A stretch of 64,000 nt of DNA from Selaginella moellendorffii (lineage: Eukaryota > Plantae > Lycopodiophyta). Both the position numbers and the translations under genes were made by a program. Below are positions 48,398 to 58,873 of the stretch, one piece after another (the first letter of the stretch is position 1; each line of letters starts with the position of its first letter). Below the pieces are notes generated by a model. The model was given only the letters and a program-made list of their open reading frames with translations, was not told the origin of the DNA and ran no database searches. The DNA lies in the NCBI RefSeq assembly GCF_000143415.4, contig NW_003314389.1, positions 146,892 to 210,891 on the forward strand, read 5' to 3'.

Positions 48398-49234
48398 AGC
48401 TTCTTAGAGCTCTCTCCCTTAACATGAAACAGTGAAAAAAATATATACATCATCCTTCTATATTTAAAAGAGCAAGGGTGACATATTCAATCGAGATTCT
48501 TTTCGAGTTTAATGGTGGAGATGAAGACACATGGCAAAAAAACAGTTGAGGTTGAAACTTTTTTTTTTTTAGGGTAAACCAGTTTTTTTCAATGCATTTT
48601 TCCAGGAGAGCTTACTGCACACCATCAGGTTCGCTGCATGATTGCATTGGTCCTTACGCGCGGCTGCACACCATGAGGTTCGCTGCATGATTGCATTGGT
48701 CCTTACGTTATATACCTTGTGCTCATATGCCGTCAAAGAGACCTCTGACTTTCCACAGCACTTGTGGAATCGTGAACAGACCATCTGATCACAATAGTGT
48801 GCTGTCCAAAGGCTGCCAGGCGCTCAAGATTTCCACCCAGATCGACTTGAAAAGCATTCTACCATTCAGTCGGAGCACCTGTATAATACACTTGTAAGTC
48901 TGTGAAAGCAGTTTACTGGATCTCTGAAAGACAGTTCTTTCTTTTCCCTCTGAGTTGAGAATGCTCTTTTTTTGCAGTGTATCTATGTGTCTCAGAGCGT
49001 ATTGGCAGGATTGGAGTAAAGGTTAAGCTCATCGACTCGGAATTTCCTTTGTTTAAAGGTAAGGTTTTCAATGCAATGCTTTTTCTTTTATTCTTCTTTT
49101 TTTTGCTAGAAGGTCTGTCCACCGATCTTTGTTTTTCAGGAGTGGATCTTTGATACCCTAGCAAATGGAGAGAAGCACGACTAAATTTCAGACATTTATC
49201 TTGCAACCAGACAACCAGTTATGTGCAGGGTTGC

Positions 49235-49832
49235 AGGTTGCAGGGTCCCCAATGGGCGTAAGTCATTTTCATTTCCATCTTGCTGCATCTTCTGTTGTTT
49301 CTCCAGCTCTACAAACATGGAGTTATAATCTGTGACAAATGCTATGCTGTTCATTGAAGCATGGGAGCTTCTGTATCAAAGGTAAATGTAAATAATCTCT
49401 CTTCCCAATTTTATGTCCCTTTTCAACAGTTTATGTCCATAAATTCCAACGACTGGACAGACAAAGGGTTTGAGCTTATGCTGTTTATTGGTGGCAATGC
49501 AGCTGCAAATGCTGCATACGAGGCCTTTGTTCCTAAATCTTGGCAAAAGACCCATGCCAGAATCATCCAATCAAGAGCAATTAGAATTTGTAAGGTTCAG
49601 GAGATGCAAAACTGTTTTCTATATTTATTTTTCAACCATCAATGTTTTCTCAGAAGCAAGTATGAAAGACAAAAATTCGTAAAGCCATGCATTTGGCTTC
49701 CTCTTGTCAAGAGTCGACATTCTTTCAAGGCAAGAAGATTCTTCTGTTCAATGCTTCAATTCTAGAGGTAACCTTACAGTGAGGGACTTCATGATTGGTG
49801 ACCCTTATGTTGTTCTCACCCTATGAAACCAG
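49235..49832 (+). pseudogene. ArfGAP-C2 (AGD11/12/13, ZAC-like) fragment
   Basis: GPQWA|..GVIICDKCYAVH*SMGASVSK|..DWTD..GGNAAANAAYEAFVP..|RSKYERQKF..DPYVVLTL. Confidence 0.85.
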
Positions 49833-50284
49833 GTATGTGTCGTTCCTATTAATACAGCTCAAGCAAGTTGAGGAAGATTTGCGAAGCACAAAGGCAAAAC
49901 ATAAAGACTTTCAGAAGCAAGTTGTAATAATCTCATGAGAACTGAGTTTTACAACCATACACGTTTTATCAGCCTTTTACTAAACCGGCCATAGTCTATT
50001 GTTTAGCAAGATTGGCCAAAGTTAATGTTATAAGCCTCATTATAATAAGAATAAAGCAGTGTCTACCTACTACCTTCTAAATCTCCTCAAAATATCTGCA
50101 TACTTGCACACATCTTGGATAGGAGAAATCCCAACACATTGCAATGCAGTCCTGGCATGCTGCAAATTTGGAGAGCCAAGTGCTGAATTTCCTACAAAAT
50201 AAAGAGTAGGATCTTGAAAGGCTTCTTGAATGTTCTTTCCTTGCTGCTCTACGGTTATCTAGCATGTTAGGTGAAAGTCTGTAA

Positions 50285-50599
50285 GAATTCACCAGCAATC
50301 GTCCAGTCTTGAGCATGTTGCTACCAACTCTAAAGCCATGTACAGTTGACCAGCTTCTAGCTTTGTATGAGCACTAGGTCATGGTGCAGGGATTTATCTG
50401 GGGAATCAACTCCTTCGATAATGGGGTGTGAACTCGGCAATGTAAACTTGGCTTTTCATCATCTGAAACTAATTGAAAATCCAATCTTTTCAGGTGCTTG
50501 CATCCCGAGTTTGCATACAGATGAATGCTTCACAAACAAACGAAAGCCCATAGAATGATCTAATCATAGTTCACAATGCTGCTCAACCGTTATTTAAAG
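50285..50599 (+). pseudogene. PGIC: Cytosolic glucose-6-phosphate isomerase C-terminal exons (antisense copy at about 52985-53150)
   Basis: [43 protein letters not shown]|VLASRV..LLNRYLK|; stop and frameshift present. Confidence 0.85.
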
Positions 50600-50984
50600 G
50601 TGAGAGAACTTGGACAGAGCATGACTTCATAACTTTTTGATAATGAGTGAGCTCTTGAGCTTTGCAGGTACATCACGGCTAAAGAACACAAGCAATCTGT
50701 GCTGCAGCACAACCCAACTTGCTGAATAATATCTTATTGCCCAATGTAACAAAGGAAAATGATTTAAGATATTTGTGACAAAGTAAAGTATTGCAAGATA
50801 AAAGTTGGTTAGGGTTATCTTTATAGTACATGGTTTCAGAACGAAATGACTTCCTCTTTGGAAAATGGTGAGAGCCAGGAAACACGCAGGTTGCGTTTAC
50901 ATCAACCTTTGAGAATCCCTTGGACAGAAGTTTCAGGCGAGATTTACAGCCCAGATGCCTATTATAAATTTGAAATGCTTTACA

Positions 50985-51791
50985 AACGTGTGTAAAATGA
51001 TTTTATATTCTGGACACAGGTACATACATTGTGCTGGTTTTAAACTTGCGAATTCATTTGCGTTTCCAGAAACAATGGCATGGCGGGAGGTAAAGACGAC
51101 TGGTGCGGAGCTGATGCTAAGAGCCAGGCACACAACAATCAGCCATGGAAAGTACGTGAGTCTCTCATGGGGCTTTTACGTATTTTGTAGCAACTGGTGT
51201 TTGGGCAACTTCGAATCCCTCTGGTCCCGGGCCTTCTCCACGTTTCTCCCTTGCAGGAGATTCCGTGGACGCAGAGTGAGGCATATGATTCTTCTATGGG
51301 GGATATAACGAAGAGCTTGAAGCTCTGGATGACATGTATTTCCTTGACACAGGTTGGCTTCTTCTTTAAATGACATTGCTGCCATTCTTGACAATATGGT
51401 TGCCGTTTTTCTGTGAAGAGATGCTGAGGGGGAAAGATCCATCAGAACCAAAGCTATCCATGCGTAAGGAACTTAAGAGAAGGCGGCAAGAGTATCGTGC
51501 CACGCCATTCGTGCTAGACAAGCAACGGGATGCGGACAAGAGCTTGGTTTCATCTCACAAAGGTATCTGCAGAAAAACTTGGACCTCTCCAATTTTTCCC
51601 TGTCAAACTCATGCTACAGAGTTTCAAGCTCATCTTCAGCTGCTAGGCGAGAAGATGTTCGAGGCTAGAGTAAGCGACATATTCAACTACAGATACATAT
51701 TAGAAGCGTCCATCGATGGGAAGCTTTTCTGTGGGCTGCTCTTCTCGTACAAGCCTGGTTTTGCTCAGGCAGTACAATCTTACATGGCGAG
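50985..51791 (+). pseudogene. Galactose oxidase/Kelch-repeat protein C-terminal fragment
   Basis: ETMAWREVKTTG..RARHTT, TGVWATSNPSGPGPSPRFS..YGGYNEELEALDDMYFLDT and FEARVSD..IDGKLFCGLLFS. Confidence 0.7.
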
Positions 51792-51814
51792 ATTTGTTTC
51801 GTTTGATTCTCAGT

Positions 51815-52300
51815 TACTCTCAATGAAACACTGCAACTTGCAAAAAATATCCCCAATGGTCTTTAGAAGAGCCTTGTTAGACCTCGAGTTTAATAGTGAG
51901 TCTCCTTCTCTCAAGTGATGTTCAAGTGATTTGGAAGCGTGGCTAAGACAAGTACATATGGATCCACCCTGATCCGGAAAAGTTCAATCCAGCTGGGAGG
52001 TACGAGATTCTCACCCATGCTCTGTAACTCTGGCTGGGATTTTTAACTAGAAATATGGAGTATCTCCATTCACGTTCACACCCTTTGGGATGGGAAATCG
52101 AACTTACAAACTTGCCAAGCTTCAAATCTTCATTGTCGTCCATTACTTCGTTATTACAGGTAAAGATCTATTATTTGTGCCATTATTCCTTTATCTGGGG
52201 TTTGAGGTGGACTGCCTTGGATCCCAACAGCAAAGTTTCTTACTTGCCACATCCAAGACCACGAGACTTCTATTCTGTAAGAGTTTCAAAACTTCTGTAG
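51815..52300 (+). pseudogene. CYP88 (ent-kaurenoic acid oxidase-like) C-terminal fragment
   Basis: NETLQLA.ISPMVFRRAL, HMDP/HPDPEKFNP, FGMGNRT(heme Cys deleted)LAKLQIFIVVHYF and YLPHPRPRD. Confidence 0.7.
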
Positions 52301-54010
52301 TTATAAAAGAAAAAAGTACTTTACTGAATTGTACCTCATACAATATGATACCTTATGCATTCTCATGCCTCCACTATTCTAATTTGTCCCTGTCACTTAT
52401 TGACTTATCACAAGGAGCGAATCCTTCTTTGAAGTCACTGCCTCAACAGGATGAAACTCAAAGACAAGAAGATACTCAAAGGCAGGCTTGCCAAGTACAT
52501 TGTAGAGGCTGTTTGTAAGTCCCAAATGTTTCTCATCACAGGTCTTTGGAGGACATGCATAGCTTTTATGACCATGGACCAAATGTTGAGAACAGCAGCA
52601 TCATCAAGAAGAGTTGCAGTCTAGCATTTAATTTGTCTCACTTCTGGCACAAGACAATAAGGTTGTTAAAAATAAGGTCTTCATTTATTTTTTAACTAAG
52701 TCCTGTTTGCACAGCAATACAATGCATCAGGAGCTTGCTGGAAACTATGATTTACAGAGTTTCCAAGAAGGTATGAGATTCACGCTGATTACAGCAAGTA
52801 ACTATCAGGTACACTTTTAGTGTTTTCTCTCATGAATCGTGATCTCCCTTATCTTGAGTTTAGAGAAGCCTGCAAGCATCACCAGATTCTAAGAACTCAG
52901 CCAACTATGTGTGTCTTTGGAGGCTGCCATTATAAGTACTTTTTCTTTAAATTTTATATAACCTTCACTGCTAATGGAAAGCCAAGTTTACATTGCCGAG
53001 TTCACACCCCATTATCGAAGGAGTTGATTCCCCAGATAAATCCCTGCACCACGACCCAGTGCTCATACAAAGCTAGAAGCTGGTCAACTGTACATGACTT
53101 TAGAGTTGGTAGCAACATGCTCAAGACTGGACGATTGCTGGTGAATTCTTACAGACTTTCATCTAACATGCTAGATAACCATAGAGCAGCAAGGAAAGAA
53201 CATTCAAGAAGCCTTTCAAGATCCTACTCTTTATTTTGTAGGAAATTCAGCACTTGGCTCTCCGAATTTGCAGCATGCCGGGACTGCATTGCAATCTGTT
53301 GGGATTTCTCCTATCCAAGATGTGTGCAAGTATGCACAGATTTTGAAGATTTTGAAGGAGATTTAGAAGGTAGTAGGTAGACACTGCTTGATTCTTATTA
53401 TAATGAGGCTTATAACATTAACTTTGGCCAATCTTGCTAAACAATAGACTATGGCCGGTTTAGTAAAGGGCCGATAAAACGTGTTTGGTTGTAAAACTCA
53501 GTTCTCTTGAGATTCTTACAACTTGCTTCTGAAAGTCTTTATGTTTTGCCTTTGTGCTTCGCAAATCTTCCTCAACAAATCAGAATAATTTTAAAAATCA
53601 TTTTTAATCTTCAAGATTAGCATTTTCCACAACATCCATGTTAAATATAATATAAATCCCAGCTGAAATTATGTTTCTCTTTTCTAATTTACCTTGAAAA
53701 TGAGTACCATCCAAAGCGAGGGGTGGAAAACTGGAAGCCAATCCGTCTTGAAGGCATTGTGCTGCAATTTAGTTCGGACTTTTGCTAAAGAAATATTCGA
53801 ATACAATCCATTCGATGATGCCGAAGATATGCTTGACATATGTATGAAGAAAGAATTGTTGTAGATTAGACTTTATAGAACAAAAGTAATATTAGTCTAT
53901 GAAAAAGTGTTATTAGTATTTGAAAAGAAAAGACCAGTTTGACATAAAAGGATCAAAATCATCAGGTTCCAACTGTCATGCATGCATAGTGTTCCATCAA
54001 AGAGCAACAG

Positions 54011-54194
54011 GCTGCTGAGGACTACCTTGTCCAACTCTTTGAAGCCATCAATTTATGTGCCCTTCATGGCAAAAGAGTCACAATAAGTAAGTATTCAAAT
54101 AACACACACAAAAAGATTATAGAATTTATCAACCAGCTCGAAAATTATACATTTAGCCTGTCGGCTTAGAGGAACCTTGGAGCATTTCATTTGA
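54011..54194 (+). pseudogene. CENH3-like histone H3 variant, last two exons
   Basis: A 76-nt AG/GT-bounded exon AAEDYLVQLFEAINLCALHGKRVTI, then RK(frameshift)IHLACRLRG. Confidence 0.7.
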
Positions 54195-54568
54195 TACTAC
54201 ATTTCTTTTTCTTGCAAATTCACTTAGAGTTTACCATACAGCTTATACTTATTGATTAGAATCCTCAAATTTTCTTAGAAAATTGCTGCTACTTTCAGGC
54301 ATAAATCACTGTTAATTTCAGGCATCCTCAACCACATATTTTTGGGAAATTAAATGTTCAAAATAAAACCACTGGAGCGTGTCAAAAATATGATCTCTGT
54401 TGGATCACTGGTATAACTACCCATTCTCTTGCTGTCAATGTACTTGTGACCGGAAATTAAAAAAACAAATTAGGTGTTAAACCCATGCTACTGATTCTTG
54501 GGTATGGGGTCATGATGAATGAGAGAGATACAATGAACAAAGGCATTGATCATGGTGTCTAATCCCAG

Positions 54569-54611
<43 letters not shown>

Positions 54612-55214
54612 TATATGAATTATAAATATACATCATCACTACTGGATGATGAAAACAAACAACTAATTCTTTAGGATTCATGTCACCTATATAACAGATG
54701 TTCTATCTATTCCAGCGGAGCTGGATTCCTTGCTAGTACATATGTAATGTAATTAGTTACAAACGTATTCCGCTGCTTGTGGGTGATGGCCAACCCTACA
54801 AGATCTTCATTCCTGTCCCTCATGATCTTCGTCCCTGTCCCTTGCACCATCCTTCTTACCAACGCTGGCATCACTGCTACATACATGTGACCGATCCCAA
54901 TCTCTTGGTGGAGAATTCTTGCAGCCTTGAGTCTTCTCACTGGTGATGCTGCTGCTGCTGCTGCTGCTGCTGTGATTCTGACTTACCTGTAGCATGAAGT
55001 TGACTCTACCATTGGGACTTTCACACAGCCTTTATCTCACCATACTATCATAAAAAGCTGTGACATAAAAAAATTTAAAAGCATGATGATTAAAAATGGT
55101 GCTCCATATGTGATCCAAGACAAATCATAGCTCTTTAAGAAGTGAGAGAGAGAGAGAGAGATAGAGTGCACTCAAATTTGCATTCTGCCTTTCCTTGTTC
55201 CTCAACAATCTGTT

Positions 55215-55375
55215 GCTTTTCCTCACTCTCGTTCGCCCTAAAAGCCACAATTCAATTTTTTTCTAATTTGAAAAGCTATGACCTTCTACAATTATATCTT
55301 AGCTGTTAGATTTTGGCATATGCATAGAATAAATATCCCCAGTATATGTTGTTATTATACTGGCTTTTTCGTTTA
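55215..55375 (-). promoter_or_regulatory. Promoter cassette copy 3, again abutting a Helitron 3' end
   Basis: gccctaaaag..tagctgttagattttggcatatgc..ggctttttcgtttaa matches 4020-4160. Confidence 0.55.
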
Positions 55376-56441
55376 AGACCCCAACTCTGCTGGGAGACAT
55401 AGCATACCCAAAATAAATAGATCTTCTTTTCTAATTTTACAATATTAGAAATTTTGATTGTATACAAATATAAATTTACCTAAATTTTGTTACTATTCAC
55501 CTCTAGAGAAATGAATAATAATGCAAGTGTTGGGTAAGATAACACCATTTTTTAATCATCATTAAATTTGAATTTGAATTTTTTATTACCTTCATAGAAA
55601 GGCACAAAACCCTAAACACATAAAGAAGATTGCTGCCATGCTTTAAAAGCAATTGAGTTTTCACAAAACCAAAGAATTATAAACTACCAAAAAATAATAG
55701 GTTACTTTGGAGAAATTATAATTTTGATTACATACTGAGTTAAGTTTTTTATCTAAACTGTAATAATGCCTCTAACTTTCATAGTTTACTAAAGAATAAT
55801 AGAATTTTTATTATGTGTCTGGTTTTACATGTAAAAATATACATAAGTAAATCTATCTATATATTCACACTACATTAGAGGTGTTGAAATGAGGTACATT
55901 CAAAGATAATAATTATATTAAGGATATAATGTTTGTATTAAGAAAATCTGTACTAATAATTTATTAATAAATTATGCATTCATGTCTCATATATGACATG
56001 GTATCTAATATGGTATAAGCAATCTCATACACATACAAATATAAAATCCATTTCTTAATAATATCTCAAAAATAATAAACCCATTTATAGTTTCAATTAG
56101 TCTTCTTGCTCTTAACCTTACTGTAATCTACAAACAGCTTTACATGAGTTTACATTATTTGTCTTAATATTTATACAATGATTTATTTGCTACATTAGCT
56201 TATGTTATTAATATATAAAGAAAATAGGAATATCAAATTCAAAATTATTGATGATAAAAAATGATTTTATCTTCTCCAGCACATGCATTATTGTGCATTT
56301 TTCTGAATATGAATAGTGGAAAAATTTAGATAAATTTAACCTTGTATACAATCAAAACTTTTAACATTATCAAATTAGAAAACAAGATTATTTATCTTGG
56401 GTATGCTATATTTCCCAATGGAGCTAAGGTCTCTATTAGTA
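55376..56441. mobile_element. Helitron remnant bounded by two outward-facing degenerate 3' ends
   Basis: 55376-55580 and 56230-56440 are inverted copies of the subterminal block with decayed hairpins. Confidence 0.6.
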
Positions 56442-57059
56442 CTCTTTATTTCAAGCTGCTATTTAAAAAATAGAAGTTAATGGTTTTCAAAATAAACCAT
56501 AATAATCTATCATATTTTTGACATCTATATTATAAACTTGTAGCTTTAAAAAAATAGTTTATGTACATAAATTAAAATTATATTATTAAGCTGTATATAT
56601 ATTATAATATTTATATTTAAAAGTATTGATAATTTTTGTGATAATATTATAATTTTAATATTTAAAATTATTTATTAATTCACATATTGATATCTAACAG
56701 AAATTATATTTATTAAATCTATTCTTTAGCAATATTTTCCAATAATTTTTAATTAAAATAATTTATAACTAATTACATTATTTCAAATTTTTTTAATTAT
56801 TCATCAACTTCTACATAACATTAGTTTTGAAAGCTTCAACTTGGCTTATATTTAGAAACTTGATACCACACACAACAAGTTATAAAACTATAGTAAAAAG
56901 AAATAAAACATACTTTTTGTTTTTGCAGCCAACAACCCACATGACTGGCGGAGGTGTGTAGGAGGCCAGCAGAATAGGAGGGGCAGTCACACATTTTTTC
57001 TTTTAAGTGTCAAGTCCAACTATAAAAACTTCAATTTTTTAGTATCTCTGTAGCTCTTG

Positions 57060-57360
57060 AGTTTGCAATGAATCTTCAGATTGTACATCCTTGATCAAAT
57101 AGAGTCCATTACGGCCAAAAAAACAATATAATCATCAGCTTACATGCAGGCATCCCTACAATTTCATTAGCAGCATCATCAAATGCAACTGCCCATATAT
57201 GTCCAGTGCTGTCCAGAATACACAAATGTAGTGCATATTTGAACTGAATATCTCCAAAATCAATGTCACAAGAGTTGCATTGCCACATACTTTCTGAAAC
57301 CTGAGTAACCTTATTTGCCACATTGCCTTCCATTGACAACCTTCATGCATGCTGGCTAAT
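57060..57360 (-). pseudogene. RPA70 C-terminal (zinc-binding OB) remnant, Helitron-type
   Basis: PACMK..NKVT..WQCNSCD..KYALHLCILDSTGHIWAVAFDDAANEIVGMPACKL. Confidence 0.8.
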
Positions 57361-58873
57361 AGAAGTCACCAGTCTGGAAGTCACCACCTTTATAGTGGGT
57401 TTATTGTTCTTGAGATTTGTAGAGAAGTTAATTGAGTTTTTTCTTGGATGGAATTCTTGCTAATTAAAGCATATCATTGTTCATTACAATTAGTTATACA
57501 ACACTACCAGTAAATCAATCTAGTAAGAAATGTAGCATTATTAATAATAAACATATAAAATAGCATTATTATATTCATAATCAGATTTACACTTTTTAGC
57601 AGAGAATTGTATTAAACATAAGACCTTTAAATCCATTGCTAATCCATCAAAAATGAATGTCCAAAGATTATAACAGTAACTGACAAAAAAGTAGTGAAGT
57701 TAACGTACACAAAGAAATTGAAGTAGTGCAGCTGGAGTTTGTTAATTCTTGAAGTGTTATTACAATTAGTTAGTGAATCTGACTAATACATTATTGACAC
57801 TAAATAATATAATGAAATTCCTAGAAATTATTTTGATAAACAATTATATACTCATGTTGATCAGATGTCATTACTTTTAGGTTTACCTGGCTATTCAGTT
57901 TTCTTATTTCTTTATTTCTTCATCTTTCAAATACCAAAATTTTTGGATAAAACCTTATTATTATAAGTAACTCTTCAAGAGAGTAATTGCAAAAGTGTAT
58001 GTTTTTTAACTTTAGGTTTAACTTTTAACTTTAACTTATTAACTTTAACTTAAATTAATGCACATAAGACAAAAGAAATTTGCAATACAGATCCATGAAT
58101 CCTTGTTAGGATTAAAGATTTTCACAAAAGAAAATTAAACTGTCTGAATTTCTTATGGTCATGTCAACTAGTGCATTATGCTAAGCATACAATATCATAC
58201 CATAATTTTCTAATAAAATACAAATATATAAATAAATGAAATAAAATTCTACTAACTTTTAATGTTTATAAATAACTGTATGGAGAACATAAAATTACTC
58301 ATGAAAGTTCTATATATAGCTGTTTTCAAGCATGGAAAAATTTCAAGAAATGAGACCATATGAGTCTAAAATATTTTGAAAACTATCAAATATTAATTTA
58401 TTACATAAAAAAATAGACCTAGCACATTATTATGTACATAATAATATTAACATTATTTTATATATGATATTGGGCATTTCTAAAAAATATACTATTTTGT
58501 AACAATCTTATCATTTGTGAGTAAAGCATGATTCTCTTGTATTATAAATTAGATTGTTCAAACTTAGATTTTAAAGAATATAAAACTCAAAATTATAAAA
58601 TTAGATCTAACATAATACTAACTACATAAATAATTAAAATAAATTTTATATTGCAAGGCCCACTAACTTTTAATGTTCATAAATAATACTATGGAGAACA
58701 TAAAATTCCCTATAAAAGTTTGGAAAAACTTAAAGAAATGGGACCATATAAGTTTAAAATAATTTTAAATCTGAATATCAATTATAAACATAAATAAATT
58801 ATTAAAATCTTAATTGATTAATTAAAAACATAGATCTAGCACATTACCATGTATATAATAATATTAATATTTT

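Larger units (their letters stand above)
49867..53576. repeat. Long inverted duplication, ~600-bp arms (49867-50459 and 52972-53576)
   Basis: Arms are high-identity reverse complements; the ORF track shows near-identical peptides at 50077- and 52820+. Confidence 0.92.
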
